A DNA stretch of 64,000 nucleotides from Candidatus Omnitrophica bacterium UBA6215 (GTDB taxonomy: Bacteria > Omnitrophota > Gorgyraeia > Pluralincolimonadales > Pluralincolimonadaceae): NCBI GenBank assembly GCA_002421665.1, contig DISH01000004.1, positions 309,109 through 373,108 on the forward strand, written 5' to 3'. The notes beneath the pieces were generated by a model. The model ran no database searches, was not told the DNA's origin, and saw nothing but the letters and a program-made list of their open reading frames with translations. How positions within the stretch are numbered: the first letter of the stretch is position 1; each line of letters starts with the position of its first letter. The translations under genes were made by a program, and so were the position numbers. Shown here piece after piece: positions 30,304 to 40,435 of the stretch.

Positions 30304-30782
30304 TGGATAGAGCCAGGGTTTTTATAGCACTTGGTTCAAACCTTGGTGACAGGAGAGGCAACATCGAGAAAGCGCTCGATATGCTGGGCCATGAAGGCAT
30401 GGCCGAGGTCATCAAGGTGTCGTCTTTATATGAGACCGACCCTGTCGGAGGGCCCGCCCAGGACAAATTCCTTGACGGGGTTGCTGAGGTCAGGACGGCG
30501 CTTACACCCCATGCTTTACTGAAGTATCTGAAAAAAATTGAAGCCCGGGTCGGAAGGACCCCTTCGGACGTCAAGTGGGCGCCGAGGGAGATAGACCTGG
30601 ACATCCTGCTTTATAACGACGTTGTCATTACTGACAGCGAGCTGACTATACCTCATTCCCTTTTACACCTGAGGATGTTCATGATAGAACCTCTCGCGCA
30701 GATCGCCCCGGATGTCTTGCACCCGGTATTAGGCAAGACGGCTGCCGCCATAAAGAAGGAACTTTCGGAAGGCAATCAATGA
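30303..30782 (+). CDS. folK: 2-amino-4-hydroxy-6-hydroxymethyldihydropteridine diphosphokinase
   Basis: 159 aa HPPK. FIALGSNLGD N-terminus and REIDLDIL motif. Confidence 0.85.
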   Translation: MDRARVFIALGSNLGDRRGNIEKALDMLGHEGMAEVIKVSSLYETDPVGGPAQDKFLDGVAEVRTALTPHALLKYLKKIEARVGRTPSDVKWAPREIDLDILLYNDVVITDSELTIPHSLLHLRMFMIEPLAQIAPDVLHPVLGKTAAAIKKELSEGNQ

Positions 30783-31621
30783 AGACGATAAATTCTGCAA
30801 GTTCCATGGTCCGTGAACTCGCCCGGTTGAAAAAGAAGGGCGCAACTGTGGGCTTCGTTCCGACGATGGGTTTCCTCCATGAAGGCCACCTGTCGCTTAT
30901 AAGGCGCGCCCGCAAAGACACCGATATAGTCGTTGTAAGCATATTCGTCAACCCTGTCCAATTCGGGCCCCGCGAGGATTATAGAAGGTATCCGCGGGAC
31001 ATGAGACGTGACGAAAGAATGTGCCTGCGGGAGAAAGTGGATTATATATTTTATCCCGGACTTAAGCAGATGTATCCGGAAGGTTATTCGACTTATGTCG
31101 AGGTTCAGGGACTTACAAGGAACCTTTGCGGCAAGTTCCGCCCCGGGCATTTCAGGGGGGTCGCGACCGTAGTTACCAAACTCTTGAATATCACCAGGCC
31201 CGACAGGGTTTATGTAGGGCAGAAAGATGCGCAGCAGGCCATGGTAATAAAGAGGCTTGCAGCCGATCTTGATACCGGAGCCCGTGTCGTTATAGTTCCT
31301 ACGGTAAGGGAGAGGGACGGGCTTGCCATGTCTTCGCGCAATGTTTACCTGTCTTCCGTCGAGAGGAGCCTCGCCCCGACGATATATCGGGCTTTACAAG
31401 AAGCCCGTCTTTTGATAAAATCGGGAAATAGAGATTCCCGTCGGATAATATCCGGAATACGCAGGCGGATCGCCGGTGCCGCCGACGGGATTGATTATAT
31501 ATCCATAGTGGATACCGAATACCTGGTCGACGTAAAAAGAATAAAAGGCGAAGTTCTCGTCGCAGTTGCCGTCCGGTTCGGGAAGACCCGTCTTATAGAT
31601 AATATAATTGTGAGGCCATAG
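30779..31621 (+). CDS. panC: pantoate--beta-alanine ligase
   Basis: 280 aa. VGFVPTMGFLHEGHLSL HIGH-type motif. Confidence 0.9.
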   Translation: MKTINSASSMVRELARLKKKGATVGFVPTMGFLHEGHLSLIRRARKDTDIVVVSIFVNPVQFGPREDYRRYPRDMRRDERMCLREKVDYIFYPGLKQMYPEGYSTYVEVQGLTRNLCGKFRPGHFRGVATVVTKLLNITRPDRVYVGQKDAQQAMVIKRLAADLDTGARVVIVPTVRERDGLAMSSRNVYLSSVERSLAPTIYRALQEARLLIKSGNRDSRRIISGIRRRIAGAADGIDYISIVDTEYLVDVKRIKGEVLVAVAVRFGKTRLIDNIIVRP

Positions 31622-31984
31622 ATGTTCAGAACGCTCCTAAAATCAAAGATACACGGCGCTACAGTAACCGAAGCCAATCTCAAATACACCGGCTCGATCA
31701 CCATCGACAAGAAACTGCTTAATGCCGCAGACATACTGCCGGGAGAGCGTGTCCAAATAGTGAACCTGAATAACGGTTCCAGGGTCGAGACGTATACTAT
31801 AGGCGGAAAGGCGGGCAGCGGTACAATATGCATGAACGGGGCTGCAGCGAGATGGGCCCATAAGGGCGATACGGTCATAATAATATCATATTGCCTGCTC
31901 GATGACAGAGAGAAGGGAAATCATAAACCCAGGATAGTTTTTGTTGACGCAAAAAACAGGATGAAGAAGGCCAAACGTGGTTAG
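31622..31984 (+). CDS. panD: aspartate 1-decarboxylase
   Basis: 120 aa. [19 protein letters not shown] with the Gly-Ser pyruvoyl-forming cleavage site. Confidence 0.9.
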   Translation: MFRTLLKSKIHGATVTEANLKYTGSITIDKKLLNAADILPGERVQIVNLNNGSRVETYTIGGKAGSGTICMNGAAARWAHKGDTVIIISYCLLDDREKGNHKPRIVFVDAKNRMKKAKRG

Positions 31985-32951
31985 ACAACCTGAAGACAGG
32001 GACGCCAGTTATAACGAGCAGCTTAAGAAGAAGATACTCAAACTGAAGAAAGAGAAGGATGCGGTAATTATCGTCCATAATTACCAGCGCGATGAGATAC
32101 AGGAACTTGCAGATATTACGGGCGATTCCCTGGCGTTGAGCCAGGCAGCGGTAAGGACGGATGCAAAGGTCATCGTCTTCTGCGGGGTCACTTTTATGGC
32201 GGAGACCGCTGCTATACTCAATCCCGACAAGATAGTCCTCCTGCCGGTATTTGAAGCCGGCTGCCCGATGGCAGATATGATCACGGCCGAAAAATTAAGG
32301 GCCATGAAAGCCGATAATCCCGATGCGGCTGTCGTATGTTACGTGAATTCTTCGGCCAAGGTAAAGGCCGAAAGCGATATATGCTGCACATCCTCTAATG
32401 CTATAGAGATTGTCAGGTCGCTCAAGGACCACAAAAGGATAATATTTGTCCCGGACAGGAACCTGGGTTTATATGTACAATCGCAGGTGCCGGATAAAGA
32501 GATCATACTCTGGAAAGGTTTTTGCCCGACCCATATAAGGGTCCAAGAGGAAGATGTTCTTGAGGTAAGGAAAGCTTACCCGGATGCCGAGTTCATTGCC
32601 CACCCCGAATGTGCTCCCGAAGTACTTGCCCTTGCAGACCACATATGTTCTACGGGCGGTATGTTTAAATATGTAAAAGGATCGGGTTCTAAGAGATTCA
32701 TCATAGGGACGGAGTCGGGGATGTTATTTAAACTAAAAGCCCAGAACCCCGATAAGGAATTTTTTCTTGCAACATCGCATCTTATATGTCCCAGCATGAA
32801 GTTAACGACCCTCGGGTGGCTCGCACATTCTCTCGAGAACATGGTGTATAAAATTGAGGTGACCGGCGATATCAAATTAAAGGCCAAGAAGGCATTGGAC
32901 AGGATGCTTTTGGTATCGTGCGATAAACCTCTTACTTCGGCGGGATATTGA
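31977..32951 (+). CDS. nadA: quinolinate synthase
   Basis: 324 aa NadA family, three-domain repeat with Cys ligands. Confidence 0.85.
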   Translation: MVRQPEDRDASYNEQLKKKILKLKKEKDAVIIVHNYQRDEIQELADITGDSLALSQAAVRTDAKVIVFCGVTFMAETAAILNPDKIVLLPVFEAGCPMADMITAEKLRAMKADNPDAAVVCYVNSSAKVKAESDICCTSSNAIEIVRSLKDHKRIIFVPDRNLGLYVQSQVPDKEIILWKGFCPTHIRVQEEDVLEVRKAYPDAEFIAHPECAPEVLALADHICSTGGMFKYVKGSGSKRFIIGTESGMLFKLKAQNPDKEFFLATSHLICPSMKLTTLGWLAHSLENMVYKIEVTGDIKLKAKKALDRMLLVSCDKPLTSAGY

Positions 32952-32955
32952 TACT

Positions 32956-33768
32956 TTGAATAAGCGGATCGGTATAATCGGCTGCGGGACCATAGGTACG
33001 AGCATAGCCAAGTATATTGACCGGGAACTTAAAGGCAAGGCAAGGGTTACCGCTCTTTCTGATATTGATATTAACAAGGCCCGAAAGCTGGCATCATTGC
33101 TGTCGTCCGAGCCGCGCATATCGGCATGGAGCGGGCTTATAAGATCGGTAGACTTGGTCATAGAAGCGGCCTCGGCGAAGAGCGCGGCCGATATAGCAAG
33201 GCAGGCCCTTAAGAGCGGCAAAGACGTTATGGTAATGAGCACGGGCGGCCTGCTCGGCAGCTATAAGTCGATCTTCTCCTTGGCAGAGAGGGAGAATAAA
33301 ACGGTCTACCTCCCGAGCGGGGCGATATGCGGGCTTGACGGGCTAAAAGCAGCCTCGGCAGCGGGCATAAGTTCCGTAACCTTGACGACCAGCAAGCCCC
33401 CGAAGGGGCTTATGGGCGCGCCGTATATTATAAAGAAAGGCATAGACCTAAGCCGCATAAAGAAGGACAAGGTAGTTTTTGAAGGCAACGCGCTGAAGGC
33501 AATGGAAGGTTTCCCGGCCAATATAAATGTTGCGGCTACCCTGAGCCTTTGCGGTATAGGTCCTAAGAAAACGAAGGTGAGGATAATAGCGTCCCCTTCG
33601 TCTAAAAGGAACGTACATGAAATCGAGGTTAAAGGTGATTTCGGCAGTATCAAGACAAGGACCGAGAACATGCCGTCCCCTGAAAATCCCAGGACAAGCT
33701 ACATGGCAATTCTCTCTGCTGTTGCTACATTGGAAGGGATCATGGGGAAGGTCAAGATAGGTACATAG
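32956..33768 (+). CDS. nadX: L-aspartate dehydrogenase
   Basis: 270 aa, collinear with Thermotoga NadX (IGIIGCGTIG...PSGAI.GLD...KPP..L...VVFEG......FP.NINVAAT......V.I.A.P.....H.I.....G........N.PSPENP.TS). TTG start at 32956. Confidence 0.8.
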   Translation: MNKRIGIIGCGTIGTSIAKYIDRELKGKARVTALSDIDINKARKLASLLSSEPRISAWSGLIRSVDLVIEAASAKSAADIARQALKSGKDVMVMSTGGLLGSYKSIFSLAERENKTVYLPSGAICGLDGLKAASAAGISSVTLTTSKPPKGLMGAPYIIKKGIDLSRIKKDKVVFEGNALKAMEGFPANINVAATLSLCGIGPKKTKVRIIASPSSKRNVHEIEVKGDFGSIKTRTENMPSPENPRTSYMAILSAVATLEGIMGKVKIGT

Positions 33769-33788
33769 AAGAAGGGAGGTGAATACAA

Positions 33789-34016
33789 TTGGCTCAGAAA
33801 GTAGCTAAAGCCGGTATCAAGAGAGAGAAGGGGTATCTGTACTATCTCGACAAACAAGGCGACATCTCTATGGCGAAGATGGCGAGAGGCGGAAGTAAGG
33901 GCGGCAAGCCCAAGAAGCTCGTCAAACTCGGCGTAAAGAGGCAGAAGGGCTACCTTTACTTCATCGACAAGCAGGGCGATGTTTCGATGGCTAAGATGAA
34001 GAGAGGCGGCAGGTAA
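33789..34016 (+). CDS. small basic protein (75 aa) made of two tandem ~30-aa repeats; function unknown
   Basis: TTG start 7 nt after GGGAGGTG. Repeat 1 is [29 protein letters not shown] and repeat 2 is [29 protein letters not shown]. It is the last ORF of the arg-lys-pan-nad run. Confidence 0.55.
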   Translation: MAQKVAKAGIKREKGYLYYLDKQGDISMAKMARGGSKGGKPKKLVKLGVKRQKGYLYFIDKQGDVSMAKMKRGGR

Positions 34017-34037
34017 GCTTCACGTTATCAGGAGTTC

Positions 34038-34077
34038 AGCTACCGGCGGGGCAGGCATATTTGCTCCGCCGGTAGCT
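34038..34077 (+). repeat. perfect 12-bp inverted repeat (AGCTACCGGCGG-N16-CCGCCGGTAGCT), stem-loop or operator, between the small repeat-protein gene and uvrA
   Basis: Arms at 34038-34049 and 34066-34077. No T-tract follows, so it is not a canonical intrinsic terminator. It lies 16-55 nt upstream of the uvrA ATG. Confidence 0.5.
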
Positions 34078-34092
34078 ATATTTGGAAAAAAT

Positions 34093-36888
34093 ATGGAAAA
34101 GGATTTCATACGCGTACGCGGTGCCAGGGTCCATAACCTGAAGAACATCGACCTTGACCTTCCCCGCGGCAAGATGATAGTCTTCACCGGGTTGTCCGGT
34201 TCCGGGAAATCGTCGCTCGCTTTCGATACAATATTCGCCGAGGGCCAAAGGCGCTATATCGACAGCCTGTCGGCCTATGCCCGTCAATTTCTGGAACAGC
34301 TGCAAAAACCGGATTGCGACAGCATAGAAGGGATGTCGCCGGCCATATCAATCGAGCAGAAGACCGCGGGTTCGAACCCCAGGTCAACGGTGGGGACCAC
34401 AACGGAGATCTATGACTATCTAAGGGTCCTTTTTGCCAGGATAGGGGTCCCGCATTGTTATAAATGCGGCAAGAAGATAGCCAGGCAGTCCTCCCAGGAG
34501 ATAATCCAGCAGGTAATGAATATACCCTCCGGCAAACAGGTGCTTGTCCTTGCCCCCAGGGTCAGGGGGAGGAAAGGCGAATACAGGGAACTCTTTGCGG
34601 ATCTTAAGAAAGAAGGATTTATCCGCGTCAGGGTAGACGGCAGTATCAAGGATCTCGAGAGCGATATCAGGCTGGACAAGGACAGAAAACATAATATAGA
34701 AGTAGTGGTAGACAGACTGGTAATAAAACCCGATATAAAGAAGAGGCTTTCGGATTCGGTGGAGACTGCGCTGAAAGCCGCCGGCGGACTCGTGGTGGTC
34801 AACGACGGAGGAGCGGACCGGCTGTTCAGCGAATTGTATGCCTGTGCAGATTGCGGAATCAGCTATGAAGAGCCTTCCCCGCGTTCGTTCTCTTTCAATT
34901 CCCCCTACGGGGCCTGTCCTTCTTGTAACGGGTTAGGGACGAAGATAGAGATAGACGAAGACCTGGTAATCCCGGATAAGGGCAAACCCGTGATAGATGC
35001 CATAGAACCCTGGAAGAGGGGAGGTAAGGGCTACCTTATGTATTACCGCGGTCTTTTGAGGGAGATGGCGCAGCGCCGCCATTTCGATATCGAGACCCCT
35101 TTCAACAAGCTCGGGAAGGAGAACCGGAAGATAATATTGTACGGTTCGGATGACCAGATATGGGGCAGGAAGTACGAGGGCGTGGTCAACCATCTTGAAA
35201 GGCTCTTCCGCGAGACGGATTCCGAGTTCATGAAGAACGAGATAAATAAATACATGTCTGTCCTGCCGTGTCCGAAGTGCAACGGCGCGAGACTCAGGCC
35301 GGAATCCCTTGCGTTCAAGATAGGCGGCAGATCGATAGACAAGTTGACGGCCCTTTCCGTCAGGCAGGCCATGGAGTTCTTTAAAGGTCTTGAATTGAAC
35401 GGTAAAGAGGCTGTCATAGCCAAGCAATCACTGAAGGAGATCACGGCACGCCTGAAGTTCATGGCGGATGTAGGGTTGGATTACCTGACCTTGGACAGGG
35501 CGAGTTCAACGCTCTCAGGAGGGGAGTCTCAGAGGATAAGGCTCGCCACCCAGATCGGATCGGGGTTGGTCGGCGTTGTCTATGTGCTCGATGAACCCTC
35601 GATAGGGCTGCACCAGCGCGACAACGTTAAACTCCTCGAAAGCCTGAAGTCTTTAAGGGACGCAGGGAACACGTTGATCGTCGTGGAACATGATGAGGCG
35701 ACCATCAGGAGCGCAGATCACATCGTGGATCTCGGACCTGGGGCGGGAAAGCACGGCGGTAAAGTGGTTTGCGAGGGTAATATAGATGAATTACTGGAAT
35801 GCAGGGACTCCCTGACGGCAAAATTCTTAAGGGGCGAGACGGCTATTTCTGCTCCCGCCTCCAGGAGGCTCGCGCAAGGGTGCAAATGGCTCGAGATAAA
35901 AGGGGCGAGCGAGCATAATCTAAGGAATATCGACGTCGGCATTCCACTCGGCCTGTTCGTATGCGTAACGGGGGTTTCCGGGTCCGGTAAATCCACCCTG
36001 GTCGACAACATACTTTACCGTGCGCTGGCCCAGAAATTATACAATTCAAAAGATAAACCCGGTAAGCATAAGTCGATAAAAGGCGTCGAGAACATAGATA
36101 AGGTTATAGTCATCGATCAATCGCCTATCGGCAGGACACCCCGTTCCAACCCGTCTACGTATACAGGGATGTTCACCCCTATACGCGAGCTCTTCAGCCG
36201 CCTGCCTGAATCCAAGGTGAGGGGCTTTAACCCGGGAAGGTTCAGCTTTAATGTGAAAGGCGGCAGATGCGAGGCCTGCCAGGGTGACGGAATAATCAAG
36301 GTAGAAATGCATTTCTTGCCTGATGTCTACGTCACTTGCGAGGTCTGCAAAGGCGCCAGGTTCAATGAGCAAACCCTGGAAGTCAAATATAGGGGTTATT
36401 CCATAAGCGATGTCCTTAACATGACTGTCGAGGATGCCCTGAGGTTGTTCGAAAATATCCCCAGGATCAAGGAGAAGCTCCGGGTCCTTAATGATGTCGG
36501 CCTGGGTTATATCGAACTTGGGCAGGCAGCCACGACCCTTTCCGGAGGGGAGGCGCAGAGGGTAAAATTGGCCGCAGAGCTTTCAAGACGCTCCACAGGC
36601 CGTACGCTTTATATCCTGGATGAACCTACGACAGGATTACATTTTGCCGATGTCGACAAGCTTCTGGGGGTGCTTCATGCCCTGGCAGACCAAGGCAATA
36701 CAATATTGGTAATCGAGCATAATCTCGACGTGGTGAAGACCGCGGATTATGTGATAGACCTGGGCCCTGAAGGCGGCGAAGGCGGCGGAATGCTGGTTGC
36801 CGCCGGAACTCCTGAAATGGTTGCCCGGGAGAAAGCGTCTTATACCGGGACTTACCTGAAAAAAGTCCTGAGGCAAGTTCTCGGTTGA
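34093..36888 (+). CDS. uvrA: excinuclease ABC subunit A
   Basis: 931 aa. Two ABC ATPase modules ([20 protein letters not shown]), two LSGGE signatures, and zinc-finger Cys pairs. Confidence 0.95.
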   Translation: MEKDFIRVRGARVHNLKNIDLDLPRGKMIVFTGLSGSGKSSLAFDTIFAEGQRRYIDSLSAYARQFLEQLQKPDCDSIEGMSPAISIEQKTAGSNPRSTVGTTTEIYDYLRVLFARIGVPHCYKCGKKIARQSSQEIIQQVMNIPSGKQVLVLAPRVRGRKGEYRELFADLKKEGFIRVRVDGSIKDLESDIRLDKDRKHNIEVVVDRLVIKPDIKKRLSDSVETALKAAGGLVVVNDGGADRLFSELYACADCGISYEEPSPRSFSFNSPYGACPSCNGLGTKIEIDEDLVIPDKGKPVIDAIEPWKRGGKGYLMYYRGLLREMAQRRHFDIETPFNKLGKENRKIILYGSDDQIWGRKYEGVVNHLERLFRETDSEFMKNEINKYMSVLPCPKCNGARLRPESLAFKIGGRSIDKLTALSVRQAMEFFKGLELNGKEAVIAKQSLKEITARLKFMADVGLDYLTLDRASSTLSGGESQRIRLATQIGSGLVGVVYVLDEPSIGLHQRDNVKLLESLKSLRDAGNTLIVVEHDEATIRSADHIVDLGPGAGKHGGKVVCEGNIDELLECRDSLTAKFLRGETAISAPASRRLAQGCKWLEIKGASEHNLRNIDVGIPLGLFVCVTGVSGSGKSTLVDNILYRALAQKLYNSKDKPGKHKSIKGVENIDKVIVIDQSPIGRTPRSNPSTYTGMFTPIRELFSRLPESKVRGFNPGRFSFNVKGGRCEACQGDGIIKVEMHFLPDVYVTCEVCKGARFNEQTLEVKYRGYSISDVLNMTVEDALRLFENIPRIKEKLRVLNDVGLGYIELGQAATTLSGGEAQRVKLAAELSRRSTGRTLYILDEPTTGLHFADVDKLLGVLHALADQGNTILVIEHNLDVVKTADYVIDLGPEGGEGGGMLVAAGTPEMVAREKASYTGTYLKKVLRQVLG

Positions 36889-36922
36889 AGAAACCGCTCC
36901 TTCATGATATATTAAGGCTGCC

Positions 36923-39400
36923 ATGATGAGAAGGCCACTCCTTTACTTCCTTTTTTTGCTGATATCGGTAGCACCCTGCGGGCATGCTGCGGATGATACC
37001 AGGGCGGACATGTCGCAGGATGATTTTGTTCTGGCAAAGAAGGCATTTGACGACGAGTTCTACGATATATCGCAGGAACAGCTCGAACGTTTCCTGCTCA
37101 ATTATCCGAAGAGCCAGTTACAGTATGATGCCCATTTGCTCCTGGGCCGCTGTTACACGTATCTCGGAAAATACTCCCAAGCCATAAAAGAGTTCGACAT
37201 AGTATTGTCTTCCGCTTCCGCCAACCGTTTGTATGAGGAAGCGCTATATTGGTCCGCAGAGGCTTATTTCCAGGGCAAGGATTACAAGGGGGCTTTGAAC
37301 CGTTATGCCGAAGAGACGGATTCATACCCTAATTCCAAGTATTCCGTTTTTTCGGCATATTCCAAGGGTTGGTGTTATTTTAATATGGGTGATTACGATA
37401 ATGCCATCTCCTCATTCAGGGCTTTCATAAAGAAATACCCGTCTGACAACCTGGCAGCTGATGCGAAGTTCAAGATCGCCGAGTCTGTTTTTATGTCGGG
37501 CAAGCCCACCGCAGCCAAGTCCATGCTGGCGGATTTTATTAAGGAATATACCGTCTCCAAGAAACTTCCCGATGCCTATTTCCTTCTGGGTGAGATAGAT
37601 TACCAGACCAAAGACTACGTGGAAGCCTGCGCAGATTATTCGAAAGCGCTGGAGCTGAATCCCGATGCGACATGGGCGGTTTATGCACGTTACGGGAAGG
37701 CGTGGTCCGAACTGAAGTCCGGAGATTACAAGAAAGCGCTCGAGGACTTCCGGTCATTACGCGACGACAGGCCCGACAGCCCGCTTACCGATTCAATAAT
37801 ATTCGGGATAGGGCAGTCGTATTCTTATCTTAAGAATTACAGGCAGGCTATCGTAAGTTATGATGAGATCATCCTTAAATACCGTAACTCTAACTTCTTC
37901 GATGATGCCTACCTTTGGAAAGGCGACGCTCTCTTCAGTCTTGAAAAGTATGAGGATGCCGGGGACGTATATGAGGAAGCCGTAAAGAAATTCCCGGATT
38001 CGGAATTGAAAGCCCAATTTTATTATAATCTCGGATGGACTGACCTCAAGATGAGACGATTGCCGGAGGCGATATCAAACTTGCGGGAGTGTGTGAAGAT
38101 TTCAGGGGACAGGAGCCTTAAAGCCAGCGCCATATCCGTAGTAGGCGATATCTACCTCGAAATGAAAGATTACGACAGGGCGAAGGACAGCTACGACTCC
38201 ATACTTAAGGACTACAGGGACTCTTTTATATGCGATTACGCGCAGTACCAGCTGGGGATGACCATGTTCGCGGCGGGCAATTATGAGGGCGCGGTCCTGG
38301 CTTTTCAGAGCCTTATAGGGAATTTCCCGAACTCCAGGCTCAAGGAAGATGCCATGCAGAGGCTCGGTATTTCATATTTCAGGAACGGCGATTACCTTTT
38401 AGCGTTCGAGTCGTTCCAGAAGTTCATAACTTCCCATCCGAAGAGCCAAAGGATGCCGGAGGTCTGTTTCCAGGCAGGAAACTGTCTTTTTAACCTGGCC
38501 AGGTATAAGGAAGCCATAGCTTACTTCAACAGGATAATCAAGGAGTTCCCGGGTACGGATTATGCCCGCCTCAGCCTATATGAGATAGGTTGGTGTAACT
38601 ACCAGATGGGGAACGAGAAGAGCGCCGTTTCCCAGTTCGATAATTATATAAGCAAATATCCCGATTCGGACATAACCGACGACGTAATGCTTTGGCTGGG
38701 CCAGTATTACTATAACGGCGGTCAATACCAGAAGGCCAAGGTATACTTTGAATCCATCGCGAACAGGAAGCCGGCCAGCAGGATCGCGGACGAGGCGGAG
38801 TACTGGCTGGCTTTTACGATTTATAAGAACGGCGACCTCGATGGCGCTATCAGGAAATTCGAGTATGTTATCGAGACTTTCCCGGGATCCAAGGTGGCGG
38901 TGGAGAGCACCATGAGGATAGGGGATATATTGGCTGAGAGCGGGCATGCCGATGACGCCACTAAGGAACTCAAGAGCATAATCGAGCGTTATCCCGGGAC
39001 GCAATTCGAGAAAGTGGCTACAAGGAGGATCGGCGATATCCTTAAGGAGAGAAGGCTCTATAATTCGGCGATCGAGAAGTACCGGGTTGCCATTACCGAT
39101 ACCCAGAGTAACTTCAATGCCGAGACGCAATTCCTGATAGGGGAATGCTATGAGGAATCCGGGGACATAGACCAGGCCATACCCGAATACCTTAAAGTAA
39201 AATACCTTTACCCAAAGATAACCATGTGGTCTGGCCGCGCCCAATTGCGCGCCGCTACGCTTTTTGAAGGGAGGCACAGGTGGAAAGACGCCATGAAGAT
39301 ATATGAGGAGCTCGCCTCCAGTAAAAGCGAAGAGGCGAAATACGCGAAAGAAAGGCTTGATTGGATAAAGGAAAATGTTCCCGAAAAAATCTGGAGGTGA
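36923..39400 (+). CDS. large secreted tetratricopeptide-repeat protein (YbgF/CpoB-like TPR array)
   Basis: 825 aa. Signal peptide MMRRPLLYFLFLLISVAPCGHA, then more than 15 TPR-like units (recurring ...A.Y..G..Y...G.Y..A...F). Confidence 0.8.
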   Translation: MMRRPLLYFLFLLISVAPCGHAADDTRADMSQDDFVLAKKAFDDEFYDISQEQLERFLLNYPKSQLQYDAHLLLGRCYTYLGKYSQAIKEFDIVLSSASANRLYEEALYWSAEAYFQGKDYKGALNRYAEETDSYPNSKYSVFSAYSKGWCYFNMGDYDNAISSFRAFIKKYPSDNLAADAKFKIAESVFMSGKPTAAKSMLADFIKEYTVSKKLPDAYFLLGEIDYQTKDYVEACADYSKALELNPDATWAVYARYGKAWSELKSGDYKKALEDFRSLRDDRPDSPLTDSIIFGIGQSYSYLKNYRQAIVSYDEIILKYRNSNFFDDAYLWKGDALFSLEKYEDAGDVYEEAVKKFPDSELKAQFYYNLGWTDLKMRRLPEAISNLRECVKISGDRSLKASAISVVGDIYLEMKDYDRAKDSYDSILKDYRDSFICDYAQYQLGMTMFAAGNYEGAVLAFQSLIGNFPNSRLKEDAMQRLGISYFRNGDYLLAFESFQKFITSHPKSQRMPEVCFQAGNCLFNLARYKEAIAYFNRIIKEFPGTDYARLSLYEIGWCNYQMGNEKSAVSQFDNYISKYPDSDITDDVMLWLGQYYYNGGQYQKAKVYFESIANRKPASRIADEAEYWLAFTIYKNGDLDGAIRKFEYVIETFPGSKVAVESTMRIGDILAESGHADDATKELKSIIERYPGTQFEKVATRRIGDILKERRLYNSAIEKYRVAITDTQSNFNAETQFLIGECYEESGDIDQAIPEYLKVKYLYPKITMWSGRAQLRAATLFEGRHRWKDAMKIYEELASSKSEEAKYAKERLDWIKENVPEKIWR

Positions 39401-39406
39401 ACTGAC

Positions 39407-40027
39407 ATGGAATGGATAATAAGAGGCGGGCCGATGATGGTCCCCATACTTTTGTGTTCATTTTTGGCTTTTGCGGTAATAGTTGAAAGGCTAATGTTCC
39501 TGAGGACGATCGCTGTGAATACCAGGAAATTCATGGGGGAGATATCGTATTCGCTAAAAAGGAATAGAGCGGACGAGGCTATAGAGATGTGTGATAAATC
39601 GCGCGGTCCCCTGCCAAGGGTCCTGAAGGCGGGTATACTTAAGTACGACAGGCCGAAGGGCGATATAAAGGAAGCCATAGAGGACGCGGCCCTCCATGAG
39701 ATACCGGGCATAGAGAAGAATATAGGCATCCTGGCGACCATAGCCCAGATAAGCCCGTTGTTAGGGTTACTGGGAACAGTGCTGGGATTGGTGGAGGTAT
39801 TCCAGAAAATTCAGGAAAATGCCGCAGCATCCCTTCCTTCGACCCCGGTAGACCTTTCGTCGGGTATATGGGAGGCCTTGATCGCTACAGTTGCCGGTTT
39901 AGTAGTTGCTATTCCGGCTATTACAGCGTATAATTACTTTGTAAATAAGGTGAATTACCTTATAAGAGAGATGGAGATAAGCGCTACGGACCTTGTCAAT
40001 ATACTTGTGGAAAAGAAGGAAGAATAA
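39407..40027 (+). CDS. MotA/TolQ/ExbB proton-channel family protein
   Basis: 206 aa, three TM. Conserved C-terminal GLLGTVLGLVEVF...ALIATVAGLVVAIPAI motif. RBS GGAGGTGA precedes it. Confidence 0.85.
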   Translation: MEWIIRGGPMMVPILLCSFLAFAVIVERLMFLRTIAVNTRKFMGEISYSLKRNRADEAIEMCDKSRGPLPRVLKAGILKYDRPKGDIKEAIEDAALHEIPGIEKNIGILATIAQISPLLGLLGTVLGLVEVFQKIQENAAASLPSTPVDLSSGIWEALIATVAGLVVAIPAITAYNYFVNKVNYLIREMEISATDLVNILVEKKEE

Positions 40028-40435
40028 ATGAGATTGGGTCCTTCGCGTTATAAGCTGTTTTCCGGTCGCCACCTTGATATGGCCCCGGTGTTAAGCTGCG
40101 TACTCCTGTTTATGATATTTCTTGTCTTTACTTGGAGTTACGCTCTGCAGTCCCAAGCCGGGATAAGGATCGACCTTCCGAAAGCGGTAACTTCTGAGAC
40201 GGTCAAAGGGAAGTCTTCCATTATAACGGTGACCAGGGAAAAGGTACTATATTTCGGGAAAGAAGCGGTATCTCCTTCCGAATTGGCCCAGAGATTGGCG
40301 GCCATGGACAAAATAGATTCGGTATTGATAAAAGCGGATAAAGGCACCTCACTTGAACGTGTAGTCGAGGTTTGGGACATATGCAGGAGATCAGGGATTC
40401 AGCAGGTCAACATAGCTACGACTCAGGGAAATTGA
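40028..40435 (+). CDS. ExbD/TolR biopolymer transport protein
   Basis: 135 aa with an N-terminal TM helix and ExbD periplasmic domain. Starts immediately after the ExbB stop. Confidence 0.85.
   Translation: MRLGPSRYKLFSGRHLDMAPVLSCVLLFMIFLVFTWSYALQSQAGIRIDLPKAVTSETVKGKSSIITVTREKVLYFGKEAVSPSELAQRLAAMDKIDSVLIKADKGTSLERVVEVWDICRRSGIQQVNIATTQGN

Noticed and set aside
34038-34077. Calling the 12-bp palindrome a rho-independent terminator
   Set aside because: The stem is strong but no U-tract follows (ATATTTGGAAAAAAT). It is therefore reported as an inverted repeat of uncertain role rather than a terminator.
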